Source of the DNA: Mesotaenium endlicherianum
Lineage: Eukaryota
Reading direction: 5' to 3'
DNA length: 20,000 bases
Assembly: GCA_009602735.1 (NCBI GenBank)
Contig: WELA01001020.1
Location: 286,014 to 306,013 of the forward strand
Of this stretch, positions 1 through 10,881 are shown in pieces (the stretch's first letter is position 1; every line of letters starts with the position of its first letter). The notes below the pieces were generated by a model that saw only the letters and a list, made by a program, of their open reading frames with translations, had not been told where the DNA came from and did not search any database. Position numbers and translations under genes: made by a program.

Positions 1-665
1 GAAGATGGGAAGCAGAAAATATTGAGTTACAATTCCGTTATAAGGTGTGCAGAACTAGTGCACTCTGGAATGGGCGCAAGTATGTGCCTGTGTTGAAGAC
101 GGTCCTTTGCATTGAAAGCTTCATGCAGCGCTGTTTGCAATCGTAAAGGCCGACTTAAGAACGTGATCAATTGTAGGAAAGCTGGTGTTACTGCAGCATC
201 GTTCGCAGTTATATAGACCAGGTTAGAACGTCCGGAGACGAGACGGGTGCTCGGCGTTCTGAACTACGTGCTCGTAGTACCTTACAAGTGTTCGTAGTGC
301 TGTGGTCAAGCATTCAGAACAAGCAAACCTGCCATGCATGACTGAAAGCACATGGAAGCAACTTGAAGCCTTGAACCATGCCCACGATGAATGGAGACGG
401 AATTCGTTAGACGAGTTTGAAGACAGATAGCGCGCATGTGAACAACGGAGCTCGACTCGATTCTACCTTCTCAAGGGTCAAGTATCTTCATGGGTACCCG
501 TCATTGGTAGGACGTTTAGTATTCGCAGGTCGACTTATAAGAGGCTTTGGTATAGAGGATGCACGCACGACGCCGAGTCCGGAGTTCCTGGTTGTAATGA
601 GGCTACATATCATACGCCAATCGTTATGGAAGGTGCAATGTGATACTCGCTTGTACGTGTCGTAG
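1..665 (+). CDS. Probable 3' exons of an unidentified gene entering from the left: <1..44, 177..221, 411..(end uncertain, at most 665)
   Basis: The open frame RWEAENIELQFRYK ends at AAG|GTGTGC (44/45). Acceptor TTGTAG|176 opens ESWCYCSIVRSYIDQ, ending CAG|GTTAGA (221/222). Acceptor CGTTAG|410 continues in phase 0 into the frame of ORF 417..665. AATAAA lies at 712-717. Product not recognised with confidence. Confidence 0.4.
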
Positions 666-899
666 GCTCTTTGAAAGCCTACAATCTAGCAGGCAAAAGA
701 TTGAGGGAATGAATAAAAAATGCACCACATTTCATTGATATTGCACGTTATAAAAAGAGCATTTGTTATATCCTTGGAACTAATTTCCTTCTTCCTACAC
801 CAAATTACGCTGTACCATCAATAAGAGCTTGTCACACCAGCTAGCAGCAAAAAACCTCTAGAAACCTGGAACCTCAAAAACCTGGAGAATGTAATCACA

Positions 900-3800
900 C
901 TAATTCTTCCATACTTCACGAAGCTGTGCCATGTGGAGGAGAAGGTTGTCCCTCCCCATCTTAGTAGCCGAGCTTGTCATCACCCACGGGGGCGGCTCAG
1001 AGTAAATGTGAGAGATGGCAGCCTCAAATGCCTCGATATTCTCCTCAACTGGCACGCCCCCATTCTTCTTCTTCTTCTTCTTGTCGCACTTCGTGAAGAC
1101 AAGTGTCACGGGAATCTGCGAAAGTGGACAAGCTGAGCTGCAATTCAGGCACTGCAATGATCTTCTTCATGTTATTGATGGACTTGGAGATGACAGCCCT
1201 ATGTCGCTTACAGCAGAACATAAATGCTGCTCACGAGCAGATGTGATATACGACACTGTAGACAAGCGTCTGTCTAGTAGAACAAGAATTGAATACTGAA
1301 ATTTGTTGACAGGTGTGGAGGAACAAGCCCTTCTTGTTAACTCATCCAGATGGTGAGGCTGACAGGATGAAAAGGGATTCGTGCAGCAATTTGCGTTGAT
1401 TCTGACACGAACGTACTCTGAGGCAACAGCAGCAGCAGCAGCAGCAGATAGTGCTCCAGCAGACACTTCAATGCCCTCATAACCTAGTTCGGTCTGTGTT
1501 AGAGGCAAGACTCAGCAGAAGCCCAATCTTCTGCTCCTCATTCGCACTTCACCCCCTTTACGCTACATTGTACCTGGGAATAAGACTGACATCACTTCAA
1601 GTCCGACCAAAGAAATGAGCAACATGAGCTTTCTCTCTCGCTGGTTGGAGAGGCCGGGGGAGGGGGGGCGAGGGGGACTCCGTGTGTGGATGAGAGAGGG
1701 TCCAACGCAGGGCACGCGGCCATAAGCTCAAGTGTCGGGGTTACCTCGTTGCGGCCCAGCCAATCGACGCACTCGAGGTCAATCTGCTGGGGCGGGATGC
1801 TAGCATCCACCAGGAGCATGACGGCCACCAGGTTGTCCCTCTTCAAAAAGTAGTCCTTGGTGAAGTCGTTCCACCCCGTCCTGACCGCCACGGGCGCTTT
1901 TGCAAAGCTGCAGGCAGCATGAGCGCGCACGCAATTTGACAGCAAATGTTCGTGCTTGAGGAAGAGGGGGAGACAGAGAGAGGGATTGATTGGGCATAAC
2001 CATTTATGGGGAAAAGGACGAAGGAGGGGGAGGCCGGTTTGGGGGGAGGTGTCATGACAAGAACAGCATTCGGTGTTAAACCCAGGACTTTCAGCAGAAC
2101 CTTCGATCTTGGAGCCCAAGCAGACATTTCGGCGCTTAGCCCAAATGGAGAGCAAATACACTCAACAGCGTATCATGGAGTGCTGCCAGACAAGACACAT
2201 CCCTAGTTCATACTGGAGGCGACTTGTGCATGCAGTTGACACAAATTCAACCAAGCACAAGTCAATCGGCATGCTCGACAACCCCTTCAATCCCCGGCCG
2301 GCTAACCACCAGCACGATGTCTGAGATTGTTCGGCGGACTACACAGTCAGGCCAGGGAGAGGAGAGAGCAATGTCAAAGAGATGCCAGCATGCGCGTTGA
2401 TTCAACGGTATATACGCGCGCTTATCAGCCCTTAAAGGAAATCTCTGCCTGCCTGCCTGCCTGCCTTCCTGACTCACTCACTGACCGACTCAATGACTGA
2501 CTGGCTGATAGACTGACAGGCACCGATGTACCGACAAGGGACAGAGGGGCGAACGGGTGCGGGGGGGTGACTCACCCGTATCCAGGGAGGTCGACGATGT
2601 ACCACTTGTGGTTGATGAGGAAATGGTTGATCAGCTGCGTCTTGCCTGCATGCACCACTCCACCCGCCCATGCACTTAAGAACAGAACCGAGAGACTCCA
2701 AATACAAATGCTTGTACCTGAGCCCCTGAGCCCCAAGCCCTAAACCTCTGCCTCAAATGCCAGATTTGAGCCCTGTTCTGAAAACCCTGTGCTCAAACCC
2801 TGGCACTAAGCACTACCCTGGGCCCGGGGATTGACAGGTGTCTTCTCATCCAGGCAGAACACACACACCCTCACTTCCTCCCAGAGAGCGGGAATCTGGT
2901 GCCAGCAGGCCAGATGTGCCACGTCTCTTTACCTGAAGCTCTACCAATTACGTCCTCTACATGGTGAAGGACCGCCCGTACCCAAAGCACTGGTAAATAC
3001 CAGAGCTCTGCGAGGGTGAGACACCTCTGCGTGACCTCCCAGCGTTGTGGCACACCATGCGACAACGTGGGATCTATTCAAGAACTGTCAGGTTCTCCCC
3101 AGACAATCCATTACTCTGTCAACAGGCTGCCGGCAGTACAAGATCCGATTCCTCCCCATAGCATCCATCCGTCTGCTGCTGTCCTCTTCCAGTCCGTTAC
3201 CTGCTGTCCGCTGCTTGTCCTCCCTGGGCCTGTGCACCATCGTCAGAGGCCTAAGTCCCCTCCGCGTCTGAGCAGCCTGTATGCGCTACGGTTCACCCCT
3301 TCTGCACTTGCAGCTGCGGCTCTGACATCTGTCTACAACCTACATCTACCACCACCCCCCCGCCCCACTCCCCCTCCCTCCNNNNNNNNNNNNNNNNNNN
3401 NNNNNNNNNNNNNNNNNNNNNNNNNNNNNNNNNNNNNNNNNNNNNNNNNNNNNNNNNNNNNNNNNNNNNNNNNNNNNNNNNNNNNNNNNNNNNNNNNNNN
3501 NNNNNNNNNNNNNNNNNNNNNNNNNNNNNNNNNNNNNNNNNNNNNNNNNNNNNNNNNNNNNNNNCCCCCCGCGCCTCCCTCTCCCTTATCCAAGCCCTAG
3601 CTTCCTTCAGAAGCCTTGACCCTGGAACATGCATTCAAAATATGTCTCTTAGCCTCTACTGGACTGCAGCACACTCTCAGTGCAGGAGGTTGAGAGCCGC
3701 AGAACCAGTTGGCCTGGAGTCAGCCTGCCCCTAAAAGGGCAGTGGCAGGTAGGACAAGACGTGGAGAGGCAAGGAGCCTCTCAGTCAACGGAGCTGCAGG

Positions 3801-4958
3801 CACTGCTACACTCAGCACACACACAGTAGCAGCTCCCGTGGCCGTGCATGCATGGTGCCCTTGTCCCTCTGCTGGTTCTCAAGTCAGGCCATGCCTGGGG
3901 GCTCAGGGAGTGGTGCCGGGGCTATGGCCTTAGGCGAGATGTGTCGCTGTTGTGAGGTTACAGGTGATATCAGTGACATATTAACAAGTCCCTCTAGTTA
4001 CTTAACTGTACTCGAGCTGCACAGTGGGTCCCACGTATAGCATGGGAGAAAACTAGGGAAAGTGGCAGGAGCAGGTGTGGCAGCGAGTGAGCAAGATGAG
4101 CAAGAGGTGCTGCTGACCTGGCCGCTTGGAGGTCTCCGCAAGGTCTCTGCGGTTGACCAGCATGTTGATGAGAGAGGACTTGCCCACGTTTGACCGACCC
4201 ACCAGGGCAAACTCGGGCCTACCGTCCTGAGGGCACTGGGAGACGTCCGCACTGCTCTTGATGAACTGTGCCACCTTGACCTTTGACGACGCACCGGCTG
4301 GCAGCATCAAATTGGTGCCATCTGGCCTGACAAGTTCAGAGCCGACCTCGACATCCAAGTGGTCTGGGAGAACTATCTCCTGCAGGCCTCCATGAAAGTC
4401 TTCCTCATCCCCTCCCTTTGGGGAAAGAGTGTTTTCCAGTTCTGGCTCTTTGTCGCCTAATTGGCTGCCCACGTCTACCTCAGTCTCCACTTCTCTGTTT
4501 CCTGCTACAACTGTGGCGCAAAATTGTCTCTGGTGTCCCCTTCCTGCCTTGGCCTCCACCCCCGGAGCCAGGAGGATACCCTTGTTTCCGCTCAACCCAT
4601 AATTGCTACTGGTGCTTCCTTTACTTGAACCCGGAAAGCCTGTGGAAGACTGAAAATACTGCTCGCTGGGAGAGTTCGAAGCTATGTATGAGGGTGAACG
4701 ACCTGAACTGTAACTTCTGACGGCTGGAAGTGCTTGCCAGTGCAAACTTGTCCAACTTGACTGGGTGCTGACTCCTGGAAGTGAGTCTGAAATCTGGCAA
4801 AAGCATCCAGCAGAAGATAGGTTCTGCAATAGCCCTACGCTCCTGGCCTGTAAAGAAATGCCAGCCATCTCTGTAGTCAAGAGCGCCCTGCAAGCATCCA
4901 AGGACAATTTCTTCGAGCCGTCAGTCAGCTGCTTAAATAAATGATATCTCCAGCGCAT
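900..4958 (-). CDS. engB: Organelle-targeted EngB/YihA/YsxC-family ribosome-biogenesis GTPase. Exons 4958..4118, 2645..2576, 1907..1745, 1115..900 (1290 nt, 429 aa)
   Basis: G1 motif [19 protein letters not shown]2 region [15 protein letters not shown]3 VDLPGYG|FAK; LLVDAS; G4 VFTKCD; G5 region TSS. The plant-type C-terminus KKKKNGG...[13 protein letters not shown] resembles Arabidopsis At5g11480/At2g22870 from memory. All three introns are GT-AG with matching phases (1,2,0) and the total length is divisible by 3. The start may be ATG 4958 or 4868. Confidence 0.95.
2445..2516. repeat. Compound tetranucleotide microsatellite, (CTGC)5 then degenerate (CTGA/CTCA)n, in EngB intron 2
   Basis: ctgcctgcctgcctgcctgcc followed by gactcactcactgaccgactcaatgactgactggctgatagactga. 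Confidence 0.85.
3382..3564. other. Assembly gap (183 N) inside EngB intron 1
   Basis: Run of n, flanked on both sides by C-rich low-complexity sequence. Confidence 0.99.
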
Positions 4959-5349
4959 CTGACAGCGGCGCACTCCTGTCCCCTGGCTTTTGCGCAGCGT
5001 TAAGATGGAGCTCCTAATATCTCTGAGATGAATTGCCGTCACAATTGAGCGACAACGCCAGTCCCAGAGGAAGTACACGAGAGATTCGAAGCGTTGAGCT
5101 GCCTTCAGCAGCCTTCAGCTGCCTTAAGCTGTGGAAGGTGCCACTTCGATATATGACTTGACCGGACTATGGTCTGATGGAAAGCGGTCTCACGTGGTAC
5201 CTCTTGGATTTAAACGTAGTGTTCGATCTCGTTAAGTGATAATTGGTGCATCGGAAATATCTATATACGCTCACTTCACATCTGAATTGCGAAGACCAAA
5301 TTAGCATGTAAGTTCATTCTCGTTAACGTCTGCACCTTGTTATAGGGTC
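4959..5349. promoter_or_regulatory. Putative bidirectional promoter between the divergent EngB and GET1 genes
   Basis: 391 bp between the two ATGs. G-box CACGTG at 5191-5196, TATA-like ATATAT at 5149-5154 and TATATA at 5262-5267, and a 10-bp tandem repeat at 5097-5131. Confidence 0.6.
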
Positions 5350-8300
5350 ATGGTACAGTTAGAGTATCAAGAAACGGCACACGCAGGGAACGGGGTGACG
5401 CATGGTGCGAAACATTCTAACTTGCTGGCACCGGCTATCTTCCTGGCTGTCTGTGCCGTAGAGTTCTGTTTGAATTACTTGCAGCTTCACCTAGCAGTAA
5501 GTAGAGCGCCTTTAGCTCACTTGATTCTTTACTTTCTTTATCCCCCTTAACCTTTCGAAGTTATGACAATGGTATATCAACCTGCTGTGCTCTGGGGAAT
5601 GGTTCAGTATGGATCAAGAGCGTTTGACGTGTGACTATGTTTTAGCTTCTTCCTTCCTTTTGTTTTGTGGGAGGAGAATAAGACGAAGTGGGTGCTGATG
5701 AAGTAACCGTAAGGTTGTCTAAATGCGTGTCTCTTTTACATGTAAAGAGTACGTAAGGCAAAGTATTTACGCGCTTATATATGCCAGAATCTCTCTATAT
5801 GCCGATCATATGTATGTTCATGGCACTTAATTTGAAAGGTGTGGAAGTTCTTGGGCCACGTTAGATTGGTATGTGTAAGATACATATGCCCTTCCAATGT
5901 GATGACTAGGTAAAGTAGCTGGCAAGTGCGCCTCCATGGTTACCAGCTACTGCGGCCTTTTCACCATTCTCTGTCATCCTCTCGCGACCTTTCACTGTTG
6001 CTTAGATTGGCGATCTCGCAGGCGGGCAGGCCAAGCAGACAAGAGATCAAGCTGCAGGCAGAGCTGAGAGATCTTCGCAGAAAAGCTGAAAGCCTCAACA
6101 CGTAAGGCTTCCTTTGGGACCTGTAATCTTCAAATGTGGACCGCTGCTGCACCAGCTACCATCCAAATCTCGCCTCCCTCTCCATCAAGCATGTCCCTCA
6201 TTTGTTTGCATACTTCATGTCCACGTTTTCTGCACGCATGTACTTGTGTGCTAGCATACGTGTATGTCGACACACGCATATATGACTGCATAACATATGG
6301 TGTAAATATGTAGTCAGTAAATTTGTTATTGTGTGTTCTAGACATATTGTATGCCAGAAGGGCTGCCTTCTCCGGACAAACTTCTAACAGAACAAATGTG
6401 TGCAGGCCTGACACGTTCGCCAAAGCTGCAAAGTTCCAGCGTGCCGCTGCAGCCAAAGAGAAGGAGCTCAATGCGCGTGCGTGATGCAGATTCAACACCC
6501 ACCCCGGCTCCTCTTCCTGATGTGCTTGTGCTGCTCTTGTATACTCTGGATGCAGGCAACCATTAATAGCATGAAGGATAGAAGCACGTGACAAAAGAGT
6601 GTGACCTTTTCGTCATCTTCATCTTCTCGAGGACCTTACCTGCGGGGACTGCTTTGCTTAGTGACACTGGGGCGCTGTGTATCTACTATTTCTATTTCTG
6701 CTTGTTTTAGAAGTACTGTGTGCCTGCACATGAGCATCGACATCTGCTCCGCTTGGAATCTAGACCATCCCGACTGCTAGCAGCAAGCCCGTTTAAAGTG
6801 AACCTTGTGGCACTCACCTTCTGCTCCATAGGGATGGCATCGTCGACTCGATGTTCTGAGTGTTTGCCGCCATGTTCACGAGTTACTATACACATTGCAA
6901 GTGATGAAAAAACACGCAGGCAGCTGCAGCCTGAATTCGCCCAGCGTCTTTCTCTGCCGCCCACGACGATGCTTGCTGGCACACGCTGGCGATGCTGCTG
7001 AGGGAGGCTTCAGGTGTCGCTCGTTGTGTAAGTTTCTGAGTCCAGTCGTAGGCTGACCTGGACGATGCTACTTGGTCTGCGCAGTGAGAGAAGGAGCGCC
7101 CCAGAGCCTGGCCAGGCCGCTCATCCGGCAGGCCCTGGTTGCAGTCGTTAAGGTCAGTCGACGTCAGACCAAAAGGATCGCGGAGGGTCCTTTCTCGCTT
7201 GCCTGCGTGTGCAGTGAATGCTATTTGCCAAGTTCGTATTGCTTTGGGGGCAGGGGTGGCACCAGGTTGCTTCACAGAGGTCACTTCTAATATCCCAGCC
7301 ATCGCCATAACCATACTCCGCAGCCATAGCCACTGTTGTGTCAGTAGCCATATTGCACCTGCAGACTTGCTAATGGCCACGCCCACAGCCAGGACCATGG
7401 CCCCATTTAGCAATTAACCACTTCCTGCTGGCTCTCCTGTTTATCTTTGGAAGCAAAGCAAGGATGCATAGTGAAGATGCACTGCCCCTTGACCTGGAGG
7501 TGCCGTTTGTCCACCATGAGAGTGTCGGCTGATGCTGGTGGGGTGGTGTTTCAGGCGGGATTGTATGGGGGGCTTTTGTGTGCATTCTGGCACACACCCA
7601 TCCTTGTTGTGCCGCCTTCTCTAGTGTACCCTTTTGGTGAGTGAGTCTGGAGACACTCCCTCCCTCGCCCTCCCCCCCTCCCGCCCTCCCTGCCTCCCTC
7701 CCTCTCTCTATCTCTCTCTCTGTACCTGCTTTAGTGTGTGCCTGTGTACTGTTGATGAAACCCAGCTCTAACAGCATGCGGTAATATAGAAAAGGCCATA
7801 GTGGCAGAGACGCCAGTCATAAGCATGACCAGCACACTCCACGACTGCTAGCTCGCCGCTCCCTCTCTCTTGCTTGATGCGTGGCTCTTCATACAGCAGC
7901 AGGTGTCAGTTTGTTAGCTCCAAGGGGCTGGCCAGCGCTGGCCATGCCTGCTGGTGAGAATTTCAAGAGCGCTACAGAGGTGGAGGGGTGCTTCCAGTGG
8001 GGCGCAAGCCCACGTCCCAGGCTCAGAAGCTCGACCTTGTGCAGAAGTGTGCGCCCAGCCATTGAGTGGGAGCATGAGCCTGGGTCTCCATAGATTTCTT
8101 TCCTTGAAATTGTTTGGCCGTGAAGCAGTGGCACGACCTGCCGCGGCAGTCAGCTCGGTGACGGTGTCTGACGACCTGTGTCCCCACCGTGTGTTTCTGC
8201 CACGTGGCTACAACAGGAGGCTGGCTGGCGTTTCCGAAGGGCTCGCTGTGGCAGGGGGGCGGCGCTGTAAGTAGTTGTAGTTGCCTTCCCTAAGCCTGCC

Positions 8301-8524
8301 CGTGCTCCTGCCTCTGCCGCTTGCATTGCCCTGATCTCTGTAGACTGATCGTCGTCCTTGATCATTCTCGTGCAAGTGGAGGTGGTGTGCTCTCCTCTGG
8401 ACCTTCTTTTGGGAGGCTGATGAGAAAGCTGCTTCTCATTCTGTGGGTGCAGCTCGCGATAGGGCCCTGGCTGGTGCTCTGCTCGCGCGTCAGCAACTAT
8501 ATCTGGGCTGCCAGCAAAAAGTAA
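5350..8524 (+). CDS. GET1: GET1/WRB (CHD5-like) tail-anchored protein insertion receptor. Exons 5350..5496, 6022..6101, 6406..6476, 7085..7152, 7555..7636, 8217..8266, 8453..8524 (570 nt, 189 aa)
   Basis: Spliced product: TM1 LLAPAIFLAVCAVEFCL; coiled coil EIKLQAELRDLRRKAESLNTPDTFAKAAKFQRAAAAKEKEL (family motif FA.AAK..R); TM2 GLYGGLLCAFWHTPI; LVYPFGGWLAFP; TM3 LAIGPWLVLCSRVSNYI. All six introns are GT-AG with consistent phases (0,2,1,0,1,0). Confidence 0.9.
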
Positions 8525-10110
8525 TGACTTCTGGCACTGCCCCAAGTAGGGCGAGGAGGGGAGAAGGAGTGGCTAGCCTCTATGCATCCTCCCTGTGGCC
8601 TCAGCCAGGCAGGCCAGCTGGCAGCATTTGTATGGAACGGCCCCTGTGTGGAGGTGTAGGGGTTGGCAGGACCAAGGAGGAGCGCACCTTTTTTCAGGAG
8701 CTTCAGACCAAGGCCGACTCTTTGAGCGATTTGCCAGCCGAAATGTGTCCAGTAATGTAGGTGGAAAAGAGGGTTTCAGACGCGGAGCGGCTTAGTGGTG
8801 CATCTAGCTTGGATGAAGTGACAGCAACAAGTGAGGCTTGGTAGAGAAGAGAGTGCTTTTACAGCTATTTGGGCAGACCCACGTGGCTGGCAGAAATTTT
8901 CATTTGGTCTGAGCTGCCTTCCCAGACCAGCTGTCTGTCCCTTCTCTCAAGTAGCTCATAATTTGTGTGAGGGCTTGTTGGACGAAGTACTGGACATATT
9001 GATAAGTAATGCTTAGAAGTGAGTCATATAGCAGAACTCAGGAGCAGATCTTCATTGTAAAGTTGTAATTTAACAATCTTACCTTGCCAATGTGAAGTTT
9101 TTTTCGCTACCAGCATCTGTGTTCTGGGTCGCTCCTTAGGATCCATCTCTTTTCACGTTTTAGTAGTAGAAGGCACTACTGTGTGTGGTATGCTTGCATT
9201 CTTGCACACTCTAGAGATCGATGTGCTCCATGATTGCATTCTTGCATGTCTAAGTGATCAATCTGTTCTTTTTCTAATCATTCCCTGTTTCTAATTAGAC
9301 TACAGAGCTACCTATTGTTTGCAATTACAAAGAAAATTAGTAACAATCTTAACGGTTGTGGAAGACCTGTATTTTATTTGTTGTGCATGGACGTCAGGCA
9401 GTATTTTCCCGAAAATAGACGCAGCTGTAAAAGCCCCTGATACCATGTGCATTCTCTGAGGCTATGTGAAAAAGGACATGCAGTTTGCACACCATTAGCG
9501 CCTTGTTTTCGGTCGTGTATAGACGCAAATGTGTGTCGCTTGCCAGCGAAGCAGCAGCGAAGCTACCAACTCGAAACAAATAGGGGAGGAGGTATTAAGA
9601 CGTGTCACTTGTCACTTGTTACATGCAGACACTACTAATGTGGGATGATCCGCTACACAGAACGACGAGCTCTTTCTCGATCTACATGAATTTTTGCCAT
9701 GCATTTACAATTGTATAAATATTGCTAGCCCTAAGATCGAAAAACTTGTTACTTTTAGAGAAGGCTGGAGGCCCTTGGGCAGAAGTTGGCTTCATAAAAA
9801 TGCGTGGACCTCCCTCGTTGCACTTACTTGCTCCTTCTTGTTATTTCTCTTGCAGCTCGCTATTGTCCATCTAACAAAGGGGGTTTCATCCTGAACAAAT
9901 CACAGATCTGCAGGAGTATTCAGTGTTGATATATAGAGAGAGTTAACTTGTTGTTGAGGGAGTCTCTTACTTGGCAACCTGTCGTTTGAGGATTGCTATG
10001 AGAGGCATTTCACGAGAGGCATTTCAGCAATCCTCGATCTCAGAAGCAGGGCTGCGTGACCTTCATGCACAGCGCGCTCGTCTTGGTCAATTTTGCCCGT
10101 GTGCTCAGTG

Positions 10111-10839
10111 ATGGCCGACGTGAACGATGTCTTCGACTCAGCCTTGGATTTAGAGGGCATGCATGTTAAGGATGGCTATGAAGAAGGCTATAGGTGGGTC
10201 AAAATTCCAAATCATGTTCACTATTTGCTTAAGTATATAACATTGGGGAAATTTCGATATGCTTGGTAGCAGATTGTCCTTCTTGGGCCCTCATATTGCT
10301 TCCTTAGCACCCTCCCTTGTCTGGCGCTTTTGCAACAAGCAAGTACGACAGCACTTGCAAAATAAACCATGTGCAAGCCATGTATTGCTCTCAAATATCA
10401 CGCTGGCACATGGAGCTCCTAACTGTTTCACCACACGTTTGACGTGAGCATTTGCATTTGAACTTCATTTTCTGGAGAACCAAGTCATATTCAGCCAGGG
10501 CTTGTGCATGGCAACTGAGATTCCCTCGTGGCCGCTCTGCCGAGAGGTTGCCTTGGGCAGGGAGGGCATGGTGTCCGGAGTGCATGAGGGACGAGAAGTG
10601 GGTCTTAAGAGTGGATTCGAAATGGGTATGCTTTTCAACCACCCTTCAGCGGCTTCAGCCTCTTGTGCCTCTTCAATTCCTTCAACACTTTCAGCCCTTC
10701 AAACCCCAAAGCCCTGCGCCCCCCCTTGCCTCAGCCCCGAGTCACAAGCCCCTGGAGCCCACACCCCTGACCTCCAGCTGCCAGGGGGGTGGTGCTGTGC
10801 ATCCTATTGGATTTGTTAGATCTTAGACAGGCTTCTTGG

Positions 10840-10881
<42 letters not shown>

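Noticed and set aside
1167..1508. 113-aa poly-Ala ORF in EngB intron 3
   Set aside because: It has a TTG start and the poly-Ala comes from a (GCA)n microsatellite. EngB is complete without it.
4959..5078. N-terminal 40 codons of ORF 4053..5078
   Set aside because: It starts at GTG. In this eukaryotic gene the first ATG is at 4958.
5914..5951. Hairpin AGTAGCTGG/CCAGCTACT in GET1 intron 1
   Set aside because: A 9-bp stem is too short for a miRNA precursor and is plausible by chance.
6901..7001. Possible intronic C/D snoRNA (GTGATGA ... CTGA) in GET1 intron 3
   Set aside because: No terminal stem, no convincing C' box and no recognisable rRNA-complementary guide.
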